IMG/VR virus record: IMGVR_UViG_3300045810_000006
Location: 1 to 25,324 of that record
Strand: one strand, 5' to 3'
DNA: 25,324 nt
Origin: a virus
Taxonomy: Duplodnaviria; Caudoviricetes
The position numbers and the translations under genes are program-made. Under the pieces are notes generated by a model. The model did no database searches. It worked only from the letters and a program-made list of their open reading frames with translations, and was not told the origin of the DNA. This document shows positions 1 to 9,522 of this stretch, one piece after another (within the stretch, counting starts at the first letter, position 1; every line of letters starts with the position of its first letter).

Positions 1-84
1 CTCGACTACCGCACCCCTACGGAAGTCGAAGCCCAATACTGGGCCGGACACACCGGCCCCGACCAGACCGCCACCGCGGCCTGA
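1..84 (+). CDS. IS3-family transposase OrfB, C-terminal fragment (5' partial)
   Basis: LDYRTPTEVEAQY motif, TGA at 82-84, right IR about 20 nt downstream. Confidence 0.75.
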   Translation, partial: LDYRTPTEVEAQYWAGHTGPDQTATAA

Positions 85-127
85 AACTCAACAACCGCTG
101 ACCCTCAACAAAACCCAGGACTTGACA
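1..127 (+). mobile_element. Right end of an IS3-family insertion sequence (partial; rest lies left of the window)
   Basis: Frame +1 from nt 1 reads LDYRTPTEVEAQYWAGHTGPDQTATAA* (stop 82-84), matching the LxYxTPxExE C-terminal motif of IS3 OrfB transposases. It is followed by CCTCAACAAAACCCAGGACTTGACA (103-127), ending in CA as IS3 right inverted repeats do. The phage ORF on the other strand loses coherence at this point. Confidence 0.8.
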
Positions 128-402
128 ATGGGCGTGTCCATGCGGTCGTTGGTTCCGTCGAATGCGAGGTACCGTCCGACACCGGTCCCGCCGACTGCAG
201 GCCACTGCAAGGGGTTGGACTGGGAGCGGAGCGTTTCCGACCCGGTCAGGTCACTCCATGAGGACGCGGTGCCGGGGGCGAGCTGGTTCGCGGCCCAGTC
301 GGCGTGTGCGCCGGGGATGGGGGTGACGTGCACGGTGGAGACCTGGGGCAGGTCGGCCGCGTTGGTGTAGGTGCCAGGGGAGGTGAAGAGGATGCCAGCC
401 AT
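128..402 (-). pseudogene. Phage minor tail/receptor-binding protein, N-terminal part, interrupted by the IS3 element
   Basis: ATG at 402 overlaps the stop of the upstream gene (TGATG). Reads MAGILFTSPGTYTN...RYLAFDGTNDRMDTP; FDGxnD is typical of the start of LamG/ConA-like lectin domains. The frame then runs into the IS end and stops at 88. Confidence 0.7.
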
Positions 403-1736
403 CAGATGAGGCCTTTCGCTTCGAGTCGGGTCTGGATGAATGCCGCGACGTGCGGTGCCACGATGGGCAGGTAGTGGGAGCCGTCGTCCCAGATCTGCGC
501 GGGTGGGCAGTCGTCGGCAATGTTCTGCAGGTCGGTTGCGGTGGGGGTGAGTCCGGCGTCGTAGATCGCCTGGTTCACGAGGTAGGACCGGATGTCCAGG
601 AACTTGTGCGGGAGGGCTGCTTTCAGCCCCGCGTTGATGTCTTGGACGACCTGGTAGCGCTCGTGCCCGCGTGGTTCCTTGTTCTGGTTGATCGCCGACA
701 CCACGACGATGGACTTCGTTCTGGGCGCCAACCATTCGACGGTTTCGAGGACGCCGGCGACCACGTGCTCGGCTGTGGACGCTTCCGCCCCGGTGACACC
801 GGAGTTGATGTCGTTGCGTCCAACCCAGAGCACGACGTTGTGGGAGGAGTAGTCGTCAACGTTGGGCACGAACCGGACGGGTGCGGTGATGGTGTACGGG
901 TCGCCTTGCCCGTTTCGGGTGAACGTGAGGGTGGACCCGTCGTGCGTGAGTGTGCCACCGATGCCGGCGATGGTTCCGGCCACGGCCACATTCGCGGTGC
1001 CCCACCCGACCTGCTGGCGTGTGGTGACGTTGACGGTCCCGGTGGATGGGATCGTGTTGCCCGTGGCCCCGGAGATCATGAGTGGGAGTGCGCCGACACG
1101 GAGGCGTACCTCGTCGGTCGTGTTCCCGTTGAACCCGAGTTTCGTGACCGTCAGGTCTGGCCGGTTCGCGGCCATCTGCATGGGCCACGACTGTGCTGCC
1201 GGCCATGTTGACCCGCCGGAGTACCCGTTGGTGAGGGAATCACCGATGCAAGCGACCTGCCCGAGGATTGCCGTCTTCGCGCCAGCACCCCGGAAAACTT
1301 GGAAACTGCCCCTGTCGTCGACGGCTGCGGTGAGGTGTCCTTCCTCATCGGACACGCCCCACCGCCACCCTTGCGAGACGGTGAGCGGGCGCATGGACGG
1401 GGAGAACGGGTCGCGGTGCAGGTGTAGTGCGGCGTCCTCGTCGATGGTCATGGACACGCGCCCGGTCACATCAGCCCACGCGTACACGGACCCTTCCGGG
1501 GCGCCCCTCGTGGGGATGGCAGTCTGGTCCACGCCCCACCCAACGATCTGCTGCGCCACCGACTCCGCCCGGTCGGAGGCCTCCTCGATGGCTTGGCCCT
1601 TGACGGTGGACAGGGCGGCATTCGTTTTCGTTGCCAGGCTGTTGATGTCGGTGTGCAGGTTCCCGGACGAGGCGGAGCGGATGTAGTCCGCGCCTTCGAT
1701 GATGGGGAGTCCGTGCGGCGTCGTGGAGGATGCCAT
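402..1736 (-). CDS. Minor tail protein with SGNH/GDSL hydrolase (esterase) domain
   Basis: 444 aa. Block I IGDSLTNG, block II LGFNG, block III WVGRND, block V DGSH. N-terminus TTPHGLP is typical of actinophage tail proteins. Located in the tail module. Confidence 0.85.
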   Translation of the reverse strand: MASSTTPHGLPIIEGADYIRSASSGNLHTDINSLATKTNAALSTVKGQAIEEASDRAESVAQQIVGWGVDQTAIPTRGAPEGSVYAWADVTGRVSMTIDEDAALHLHRDPFSPSMRPLTVSQGWRWGVSDEEGHLTAAVDDRGSFQVFRGAGAKTAILGQVACIGDSLTNGYSGGSTWPAAQSWPMQMAANRPDLTVTKLGFNGNTTDEVRLRVGALPLMISGATGNTIPSTGTVNVTTRQQVGWGTANVAVAGTIAGIGGTLTHDGSTLTFTRNGQGDPYTITAPVRFVPNVDDYSSHNVVLWVGRNDINSGVTGAEASTAEHVVAGVLETVEWLAPRTKSIVVVSAINQNKEPRGHERYQVVQDINAGLKAALPHKFLDIRSYLVNQAIYDAGLTPTATDLQNIADDCPPAQIWDDGSHYLPIVAPHVAAFIQTRLEAKGLI

Positions 1737-1739
1737 CGG

Positions 1740-4004
1740 TTATTCTCCGTTCGTGTTGAAGTCGGTGTAGGTCAGCGCGGTCAGCGCTTCCCACTGGGTG
1801 TAGGAGATCTCCGGTTTCGTCTCGAACTCGTCGTAGGTTTCGAGGTTGCCTTGCGCGGAGATGATGCGGACCGTGAGGGACTGGCTGATGCCGTCCGTGC
1901 CGGCCTGCGTAGAGACCCCGATGATGAGGCAGCGCAACGTGACGCCGAGCAGGGTGAGGGAGGACACGGTCACCACGTCACCCAACTGGAGGCGCGGGTC
2001 GTAGACGACACCCAGCCCGCTGATGCGCGGGTGCGGTTCCTTCACCTGGTCGGTCAGAAACGCCACGATGTCGTCGATGGCATCGGTGCGGTCATCTGGG
2101 TTGTAGCCGGTCGCCCACGGCCCGAAGTCGTGTTCCAACGTGGACCCGACTGTCGCCCCTGTTTGGACGGGGGTGAGGTCTTCGGTTGTCCACTTCACCC
2201 GGGCGCGTGCCCGGATGATCGGCATCGTCGTGTCCCACCACATCGGCCACAGTCTGGTGTTCGCGGGCGCGTTGTCGGACGAGTAGGAGCGAATCTCCAA
2301 CTGGTATCCGGCAGCCATGGTCTTCTTCACAGACAGGGTGATCTTGTACCTGTTTGCGCCGAGCTTTTCCCACGTGACGTCCAGGTAGTCGTTGTCCGGG
2401 TTCCAGGGGGTGGAAAGAACTTCGTTTTCCCCGTCCGTGTATGTTGCGGCGAACCATGTGCCGATGCCCTGGTTGATTGCGAACCGTGTGGTGTCGGTGA
2501 AGTAGCGGACCGTTTCGTCCACGAGGATCCAGTCCTCGTCGCCGGGCTGCTCCACAATGATGTCCTGCGACTCCCCGTTCTTGAGGACGATGGACTCGGA
2601 GCCTTCCCACACGGTCAGGGAGGATCGGGAGCGCCGGTTCACCGACGGCAGCATGTAGGTTCCGTGGATCTCCTTGCGGACCGCGAGGATGTCGTCCTCC
2701 CACGACAGGTTCACGATGTCGTTCAGAGTCGTCAGGGTTTTCACTGGTGACCCCTTGTAGAGGGAATCGGAACCGACCATGCGGGCGACCCCGGTCTCGT
2801 CAATCCAGAACGGGCGGAGGATGGCCTGCGACATTTCGTCGAGGATGTCCCTGGCGGGCTTCTGGTCTTGGGCGGGGATCGCGGACTGGCCGGTGTGCAG
2901 GTCGCCGAGGTCGATGACCGCAGACGGGGTGAACCCGATGGACGCGAACCGGTCCTGTTCTCGGGATGGGTGGGACACCTGGAATGATCCGACGCGGGAG
3001 GCCGCATCAATGTCCAGGTCCACCGTGTTCAAGGTTGCGGTGCCGGTCAGTCCTCCGGTGCCGGTGCCCGTCGCCCCGAGGTTGGTGCGGACTTCCGCGG
3101 TGCTACCCCAGATCAGGCCTTCCACGATGGTGGCCTGGTTGAACGGGCACGTGGCGACGTTGACCGCGTTGATGCGCAACTGGACTGTGTTGCCTATGAC
3201 ACGGAGCGCGACAGTCTGCCCGCCCGCATAGTTGCACCTGACGAACGCGGTCCCCGCATGGCCGGGAGCAAGCAACATCATGATCTGTACTGGCTCCGAC
3301 GCGTCACGATTCGGGGAGGGGGTATAGGTCGCGACCGTGTTGGATCGGGAGGTGCCCCACGGGGCAGAGTATGAGCCGCCCTGCGTGTTCGGGTTGTCCT
3401 TCGACGTGCACGTGAGCACCTGGCCCTTGTGCGGCCACATGGATCCTTGCATCGGGACGTCCAAGCACACCCGGTACTCCGGGCCGGGAACCGTGTGGAA
3501 ACCTGCGGCGCGCAGGCAGTACACCGAGTGATACAGGTTCGAGAGGCCCACCCGGCGCGGCTGCGTGGCGTCCTCCTGAAGTGCGGGCATCAGGGACGCC
3601 ATCGCCGGGATGTCCACCACGGTCGAGAAGTCGTCGATACGGTCCACGATCTTCGACTCCAGCGAGTCACCAACCGTGCCAGTGGTCTGGTCGATGATGC
3701 CCACGAACTGGGAGAACATGTTCCCGGTGGTGCCGGCGAAGATCTGCACCTTGTCGCCGCGTCGGGGCATCCACCCGGACGAGGGCGACCATGGGCTCGT
3801 GGGCCGGGACTGCACGTCCTGACCGGCCCACGTCACCGTCCCGGTGGCCTGGGCGACACCGCCACCACCGGAGACCTGTTCGGGCAGGTCGTTGGTGATC
3901 TCCCGGTCGACGGACCACGACACGTGCTCACGCGGCACACCGTTGACGTGAATCTGCGACACCCATTCCATGGCGTCGGTGACCGTCAGAGTTCCGGTCT
4001 GCAT
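1740..4004 (-). CDS. Large minor tail protein (tail tip/hub-like)
   Basis: 754 aa from ATG 4004 (MQTGTLTV), 4 nt after the upstream stop. Contains FWIDETG and DPRLQLGDVVTV, typical of siphovirus tail-tip proteins. Second gene after the tape measure. Confidence 0.8.
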   Translation of the reverse strand: MQTGTLTVTDAMEWVSQIHVNGVPREHVSWSVDREITNDLPEQVSGGGGVAQATGTVTWAGQDVQSRPTSPWSPSSGWMPRRGDKVQIFAGTTGNMFSQFVGIIDQTTGTVGDSLESKIVDRIDDFSTVVDIPAMASLMPALQEDATQPRRVGLSNLYHSVYCLRAAGFHTVPGPEYRVCLDVPMQGSMWPHKGQVLTCTSKDNPNTQGGSYSAPWGTSRSNTVATYTPSPNRDASEPVQIMMLLAPGHAGTAFVRCNYAGGQTVALRVIGNTVQLRINAVNVATCPFNQATIVEGLIWGSTAEVRTNLGATGTGTGGLTGTATLNTVDLDIDAASRVGSFQVSHPSREQDRFASIGFTPSAVIDLGDLHTGQSAIPAQDQKPARDILDEMSQAILRPFWIDETGVARMVGSDSLYKGSPVKTLTTLNDIVNLSWEDDILAVRKEIHGTYMLPSVNRRSRSSLTVWEGSESIVLKNGESQDIIVEQPGDEDWILVDETVRYFTDTTRFAINQGIGTWFAATYTDGENEVLSTPWNPDNDYLDVTWEKLGANRYKITLSVKKTMAAGYQLEIRSYSSDNAPANTRLWPMWWDTTMPIIRARARVKWTTEDLTPVQTGATVGSTLEHDFGPWATGYNPDDRTDAIDDIVAFLTDQVKEPHPRISGLGVVYDPRLQLGDVVTVSSLTLLGVTLRCLIIGVSTQAGTDGISQSLTVRIISAQGNLETYDEFETKPEISYTQWEALTALTYTDFNTNGE

Positions 4005-4008
4005 GCGC

Positions 4009-4803
4009 TCACCCGACTTCCGTGATCGTGAATGAGACGGACCCGTACGTGGCGCCCGGTACTGCGAGGCCGACTTCCTTCGACCCGGCATGGATGACCG
4101 CAGCCGTGCACCCTTCGCCAATCGCCCACGGCTGCACCTGGTCTGTGAGGGTGAGTGCGGGCCGGGCGGCCTGAACGGCGCCACCATTGCAACGCACCCG
4201 GACCCTGGTTGCGCCCTCAGGCACAGTCGTGGTCACCGACAACCGGGTTGCACGGGCCGCGATCCCGGTCTGCCTCGAGGACACGACGCCCATTGACTCC
4301 TCATTGTTGTAGAACTGCACGTTCACCCGGGAGCCCTCACCTTGAATCCATGCGGATGCGGTAATCATCTGCCCAGGGGTCACGTTGTTCATGTCCCGGG
4401 AGAACCAAATGATGTTGGCCGGGTCGTCCAGCCACGACTGTCCCGCCCACTCGTCCCCGCACAACAGGGGGCCGCCCGGCATGTTCGTGCCGTACGCAAG
4501 CGACGGGTCGCACAGGGACTGCGCGGGGGTGAGGAGGTTCGTGACCGGCGCGTCAGCACTGATGAACTGGAACGGTCCCGGACCCCACTCCCCAGACAAG
4601 AAACCCAGGATCGCCGCCTGGTCCGCCGGGGTCGTAGCCTCCGACGTGGCAGCCGTCCACACACGCCGGCCAATACGACGCACCTGCGCCTTCACCCGGC
4701 CCTCCAACGTGGTCTGCGTTGTGACACGGTCAGCATGCTCAACCGACTGCGACGCCGGGCACTTCAACCCGACCATGCGGCCCGGCGTTCCCAGATAGAT
4801 CAC
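4009..4803 (-). CDS. Minor tail protein (distal tail-like, probable inserted carbohydrate-binding module)
   Basis: GTG at 4803 with GGAGG RBS. First gene after the tape measure. The VTPGQMITASAWI...RLSVTTTVPEGATRVRV segment resembles CBM-like jelly-roll inserts. Confidence 0.75.
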   Translation of the reverse strand: MIYLGTPGRMVGLKCPASQSVEHADRVTTQTTLEGRVKAQVRRIGRRVWTAATSEATTPADQAAILGFLSGEWGPGPFQFISADAPVTNLLTPAQSLCDPSLAYGTNMPGGPLLCGDEWAGQSWLDDPANIIWFSRDMNNVTPGQMITASAWIQGEGSRVNVQFYNNEESMGVVSSRQTGIAARATRLSVTTTVPEGATRVRVRCNGGAVQAARPALTLTDQVQPWAIGEGCTAAVIHAGSKEVGLAVPGATYGSVSFTITEVG

Positions 4804-4824
4804 TATGACCCCTCCCAAACATGG

Positions 4825-4862
4825 GGGTGGGCCTGGCTCCAGCGACTGGACCAGACCCACCC
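4825..4862 (-). promoter_or_regulatory. Intergenic stem-loop between tape measure and next tail gene
   Basis: mRNA GGGUGGGUCUGG-UCCAG ucg CUGGA-g-CCAGGCCCACCC. The mismatch on the + strand is a U-G wobble on the minus strand. No U-tract. Confidence 0.55.
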
Positions 4863-4878
4863 GGCTTTACAATGGCGG

Positions 4879-7800
4879 TTAGCGGCGTGTCCCGTACCGG
4901 TGTTCGGTGGAGCGCATGATCCCGTAGAACGCCCGCCCGTCGATGTTCACGACCGGCTGGTACCCGGCAATCGCAGACGACACGGCGGCAGCCACAGCGT
5001 CTGCCGTGTACGCGGACCCGCCCTGCTGCGCCGAATACCGGGCGACCTCAGCCGACGCTGGCACCACATACGACGGTGTGGACACAGCCGCCGAATACGC
5101 GTCCGACTGCTTCTTCCCCAGATCGAACATGGCCTGCACCGCGTCCGGCGTCCTCGCCTTCACGCCCCGCAGCTGGCCAGCCACCGTGTTCACACCGTGG
5201 CCCTCCATCACCTTCGACGGGGAGTGGATGCCCAGGGCACGCTTGAACGCCCGCTCACCCTGCTTCGCCATCCTGGTGAACGCCTTCTCAATCGCCTTCT
5301 GCTGCGACTCGATGCCCTTCACGACACCCGAAGCAGCATTCACACCGCCCTTGTACATCGACGCCGTGACCTGGTCCCCGGCCTTCCCAGACCAGAAATC
5401 CATGCGGTCGTACTGCTTGTTCAGCGTGCGGCGCTGGCCCTTCGACGCCTTCGCCAGGGCAGTCCCAACCTGGAACCCCTCCTGGGATCCCATGGACGCG
5501 ACCTCCTGGACGACGGCCTCGTTGTAGCCCATCTTCCGCAGGTCACCGAGCAGCCGGGAGAACTTCATCATCCGGTTAGCCGACCTGGTCGCCGACTTCG
5601 TGAACCGCCCGGCAGACAGCGGCCCCTTGACCTCGCCCTCCTTCAACTTCGAGAACGTGTCAGACAGCGACCAACCACCACGCACCGAATCAGCGACCGA
5701 GTCCTTCACCTGCAGCAGCTCATCCCGCTTCGCCGTGGCCTTCTCAAGGCTGGCAGCGAGCCTGTCCGACTGCTTCGTCAGCGACTTGATCTTCGCTTCC
5801 TGCTTGTACGCCAGAGACGACAACTGCTTGCGCCGATACCTGCTGAGGTCCGCGTTCTTCGACTGCTCGAACAACGCGTCCACGCCCTGGAAATTCCCGG
5901 CCCCGTACATGCCCTTGAAGTCGCCACGGGAGAGCTGACGGCGGGTCGTGAATTCCAACTCGCCCAGGCGGGTGCGGCGCTCACGAGCCTTCTGCAGTTT
6001 GTCGCGGCGCTGCTCGCGCTTCTTGTCCGCAGCCGTAACATCCCTCGTCTCAGCCCGCACACGCGCCTTCGCACGACTCAACGCCGCACGAGCACGAGCC
6101 TTCGCAGCCTTCGACTTCGCATGATCCAACCGCTTCTGCGCCGCAGCCTCGGCCTTCTCCGCAGCACGCAACTGGGCCTTCTGCCTGGACAAGTTCGCGC
6201 TGGCACGGCTCACGGCACGCGTCGCATACGTGACCTGACGGCCAGCCCACCGGTACCGGCCACCCGACGCCAGCCCGGGGAGTTCACCCACTACACCGCC
6301 CGTGCGATACCCAGCCAACAGCGATGCCATAGCGCCACGACGGTCACCACGGTTGATGTGAGCCAGCGTCTGATCGAACGCACTGGATGAGCGACGATTC
6401 ACAACCCACTCGCCAGCATCTACACGAGCAATCGCAGCACCGTCACCATTGACCGCAGTGAACCCATCAACCTTGTCAGTGCCAGGACCAGTCAGCGGCA
6501 GACGATACCCGTCCGCATGACCACGGAGCTTTCCACCGTGCCGCTTCATCTGCGCCGCCGTACGAGCGTTCCCACCAGCTGCAGCCACAGCAGCGTTGAC
6601 AGTGCGCTGCACCTTCGTGATCGTCGTTGTGACGGCAACACTGATCCGAGCCATACGATCACGAGCAGCATGATTCAGAGACGCCTCAGCACCACCAGTT
6701 TCAGCGACACCGCGCAACGTTGCCGTGCGACGCTTATTCGCCTCAGCATCCGCCTGCTTCCCACCCTTACCATCAGAATGGGTTCCGATCTTCGCATCAC
6801 GCTTCTTCTTCGCCTCAGAGTCGGCTTGCTTCCCGCCCTTACCATCGGAGTGGGTACCGATCTTAGCGTCGCGCTTCTTGCCAGCGGCCTTATCGATCTC
6901 GCCAGATGTCTTCTTGACGCCAGTCGCGGTGACTTCGATCTTCTTTGTACCTGGAATCTTCTTGACCTTGAAGCCCAACGCCTCAAGAGCCTTGATCGTC
7001 CCCTTGGAGTTGTCCTCCACGGTGATCTTCTTGCCCTTCGGCATTGTGTTCAACGCAGAGACAATGTCACCGACACGCTTACGCGTGTCACCTTCCTTGA
7101 ACTCTGCAGTCGTGAACACCTTCGACGGAATCAGACCATAATCGTCGGCCATCTTCGCGGCAGCCTTCGAGTTCAAGCCCATCGCCACAGCGTTCTTGAT
7201 GAACGCCTCACGGGACTCGGACAAGTGGGCGACCTGCTTTCCAGCAGACGCCCCTGCCTTGTCCATGTCACTCGATGCTTGAAGCGCGGAGGCTGCGAAG
7301 TTATTCAGGACAGTTTGAGCAGCGCGACCCTTCTCAGTGTCAAAGTTGAACTCGCTTCCACCCTTGGCGAGGTCCTTGTACTTGGCTGCCTCCTTCGACA
7401 ATCCAGCCAACTTCTCCTTGTACGCAATCGTGGAGTTCGACGCACCAAGAGCAGCAGAACCAGCCTCGGTCAACTTGGAAATGATCTCCGACAGCGCAGG
7501 CGGGACCGTGACACTATCAAGAATACCTTTCGCCTCATTGACGTTCTTACCGGTGCTTTTGGCTTCCTTCGCGGCCTTCTGCAGTTCAGTCGGGACGTTG
7601 CCCGTCATGATCCAGTTCCAGATCTTCTTCTCCGGAAGATCGACGTCCAGCGCTTGCGCCTGGGCGCGGAACGCAGCGAATGTCTTCTCAAAACGCGGCT
7701 TCAGATCCTCAACGTCACCACCAGACTTCTTCACCTGGTCAGACATGGCCGCGAAGGTCTTCGCAACATCCTTCTGACCAGCAGCAGTAGTGCCCATCTT

Positions 7801-9480
7801 CGCCATAGCCGTATCGAGCTGGTCGAATGTATTTGCGGCTTGCTTGTTGCCATTATTGATGTTGAGTACATCAGCACCAAAGTTCCCAAGATGCCCAGTC
7901 AGATCCCACCATGCCGGGTTCAGCTTCTTGACGCTATCGCCAATTCCGTCGATAGCAGAGTCGATCCCCATGAACGTGCCCTGATCGAACAAGTCATCAA
8001 TCGACTTCCCGGCATCCAGGCCATCCTTAGCCTGCTTCACCTGCAGCAGCGCGGCAGTAGCGTCCTGGGCAGACGTCTGAAGTTTGTTGAAGTGATTATA
8101 GAGGCCCTTGACTACCTGCAGCCCAACAAGAGCGGCAGCAGTAACCCCAGCAGCCTTACCGAGGTCGCCTAGCACGCCAGCAGTCTTGGGGAACGCAGAC
8201 GAGAACCGGCGCATGTTGTCGCGTGCCTGAATGAACGAGGTGGACAGCTTTCCGAATCCGCCAACAGCAATAGCGGCAACACCGCCAAGCCCAGAGAGGA
8301 CGGTCAGAGTAGACGTGATCGGGGCAGGGATCTTTCCGATAGCATCGACAACACCCTCGGCACCCTGAACCAGGGCGCGTAGACCATCATTCACGCCACC
8401 ACCGGACTTGAGCGCCAGAGATTCGAATGAACCACCCAACTTCTCAATGTCGCCGGAGAGGTTGTCCTGCATGCGTGATGCCGTCTCAGCCGCGTACCCG
8501 GAATCGTTGACCTTATCGATCCACGACTGGATGCCGCTCGCGCCCTGCTCATACATGACCGACGCGGCACGCACAGCATCCGACCCGAACAGAACACTCA
8601 TGGTCGCATTGCGCTGTTCCTGCGACATACCAGACAGCTTCGACTTCAGCTGTCCTGCATAGTTCGCCATGCCAACGAACTTGCCCTGAGAATCGTATGC
8701 ACTGATTCCCAGTTCCTTCATCAGGTTCGCGGCCTTCTCCGACTGCGGAGTCAGCCGCTGCAGCATCGTCTTGAACGACGTGCCCGCGTCGGAGCCGGTC
8801 AGGCCAGCGGACGCGAACGCCGCCAGGGAGCCGGTCGTCTCCTCAATCGACAAACCAGTCTGGGATGCGACCAGACCACCCTGGTTCAGGGCCTCGCCGA
8901 GGTCATGCACGGACCCCTGAGCCTTACCAGCACCGGCAGCCAACAGGTCCGCCACGTGAGGCACCTGGGTGCCCTTCAGCTTGAACTGCGTCATGGCCGA
9001 GGCGGCGATCTCCGCCGACTCACCAACCGACAGATTGCCTGCAGCCGCGAGGTCCATAGACCCCTTCAGCCCACCACCAAGGATGTTCTTGGTGGAGATG
9101 CCAGCCTTAGCCAGTTCCTCAATACCCTGGCCAGCTTCAGTTGCTGAGAACTTCGTGTCAGAACCGACCTTGATCGCCTCAGCACGCAGCGCCTTCATGT
9201 CTGCTGCTGACGCGTGCGTGGCAGCCGACACCGAAGACATCTGCTTGTCGAACTTCGCATATGCCTTTGTCGCCAGCAACGCGGGCGCCGCCATCGCGAC
9301 ACCAGACTTGATCAGCGTCCCGGATGCATCATTGATCGCACCAGAGTTCTTCCTGATAGCAGCCTGCATCGCAGACCACTTCGACGCCGTACGGGACGTC
9401 TCAGACTGTGCACGACGAAGCCCGGAAAGCATCCCGTCAACACGTGCCTGGAGGTTCAAGGTGATGGTGCGATTGGCCAT
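4879..9480 (-). CDS. Tape measure protein
   Basis: 1533 aa, Ala/Gly/Lys-rich. N-terminal TP901-type region (FDKQMSSV...TKFSATEAGQGIEELAKAG...GSDAGTSFKTML). C-terminal ALGIHSPSKVM motif. GGAGG RBS. Follows the tail chaperones. Confidence 0.97.
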   Translation of the reverse strand: MANRTITLNLQARVDGMLSGLRRAQSETSRTASKWSAMQAAIRKNSGAINDASGTLIKSGVAMAAPALLATKAYAKFDKQMSSVSAATHASAADMKALRAEAIKVGSDTKFSATEAGQGIEELAKAGISTKNILGGGLKGSMDLAAAGNLSVGESAEIAASAMTQFKLKGTQVPHVADLLAAGAGKAQGSVHDLGEALNQGGLVASQTGLSIEETTGSLAAFASAGLTGSDAGTSFKTMLQRLTPQSEKAANLMKELGISAYDSQGKFVGMANYAGQLKSKLSGMSQEQRNATMSVLFGSDAVRAASVMYEQGASGIQSWIDKVNDSGYAAETASRMQDNLSGDIEKLGGSFESLALKSGGGVNDGLRALVQGAEGVVDAIGKIPAPITSTLTVLSGLGGVAAIAVGGFGKLSTSFIQARDNMRRFSSAFPKTAGVLGDLGKAAGVTAAALVGLQVVKGLYNHFNKLQTSAQDATAALLQVKQAKDGLDAGKSIDDLFDQGTFMGIDSAIDGIGDSVKKLNPAWWDLTGHLGNFGADVLNINNGNKQAANTFDQLDTAMAKMGTTAAGQKDVAKTFAAMSDQVKKSGGDVEDLKPRFEKTFAAFRAQAQALDVDLPEKKIWNWIMTGNVPTELQKAAKEAKSTGKNVNEAKGILDSVTVPPALSEIISKLTEAGSAALGASNSTIAYKEKLAGLSKEAAKYKDLAKGGSEFNFDTEKGRAAQTVLNNFAASALQASSDMDKAGASAGKQVAHLSESREAFIKNAVAMGLNSKAAAKMADDYGLIPSKVFTTAEFKEGDTRKRVGDIVSALNTMPKGKKITVEDNSKGTIKALEALGFKVKKIPGTKKIEVTATGVKKTSGEIDKAAGKKRDAKIGTHSDGKGGKQADSEAKKKRDAKIGTHSDGKGGKQADAEANKRRTATLRGVAETGGAEASLNHAARDRMARISVAVTTTITKVQRTVNAAVAAAGGNARTAAQMKRHGGKLRGHADGYRLPLTGPGTDKVDGFTAVNGDGAAIARVDAGEWVVNRRSSSAFDQTLAHINRGDRRGAMASLLAGYRTGGVVGELPGLASGGRYRWAGRQVTYATRAVSRASANLSRQKAQLRAAEKAEAAAQKRLDHAKSKAAKARARAALSRAKARVRAETRDVTAADKKREQRRDKLQKARERRTRLGELEFTTRRQLSRGDFKGMYGAGNFQGVDALFEQSKNADLSRYRRKQLSSLAYKQEAKIKSLTKQSDRLAASLEKATAKRDELLQVKDSVADSVRGGWSLSDTFSKLKEGEVKGPLSAGRFTKSATRSANRMMKFSRLLGDLRKMGYNEAVVQEVASMGSQEGFQVGTALAKASKGQRRTLNKQYDRMDFWSGKAGDQVTASMYKGGVNAASGVVKGIESQQKAIEKAFTRMAKQGERAFKRALGIHSPSKVMEGHGVNTVAGQLRGVKARTPDAVQAMFDLGKKQSDAYSAAVSTPSYVVPASAEVARYSAQQGGSAYTADAVAAAVSSAIAGYQPVVNIDGRAFYGIMRSTEHRYGTRR
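6737..6880 (-). repeat. 72-bp (24-aa) tandem duplication inside the tape measure gene
   Basis: KKRDAKIGTHSDGKGGKQAD(S/A)EA occurs twice; DNA copies start at 6737 and 6809 and differ mainly at synonymous positions. Confidence 0.9.
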
Positions 9481-9522
9481 TGTGAATGAACCTCCAGGTC
9501 CGTGAGGGCATAAGAAAATCGC

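Noticed and set aside
88-735. 215-aa ORF as called in the track
   Set aside because: Real start is ATG 402 (coupled to the upstream stop). The upstream part overlaps the SGNH gene and the last 12 codons are IS sequence.
450-2750. + strand ORFs 450-1211, 862-1686 and 1593-2750
   Set aside because: Fully overlap well-supported minus-strand tail genes; composition is that of reverse-complement shadows.
88-4004. Tail-fibre shufflon or diversity-generating retroelement
   Set aside because: No invertase, reverse transcriptase or template/variable repeat pair is visible. The junction at 127 is explained by an IS end.
4342-8172. Long + strand ORFs (4342-6390, 682 aa; 6517-8172, 551 aa)
   Set aside because: Antisense shadows of the tape measure and tail genes in high-GC DNA; Arg/Leu/His-rich with no motifs or RBS.
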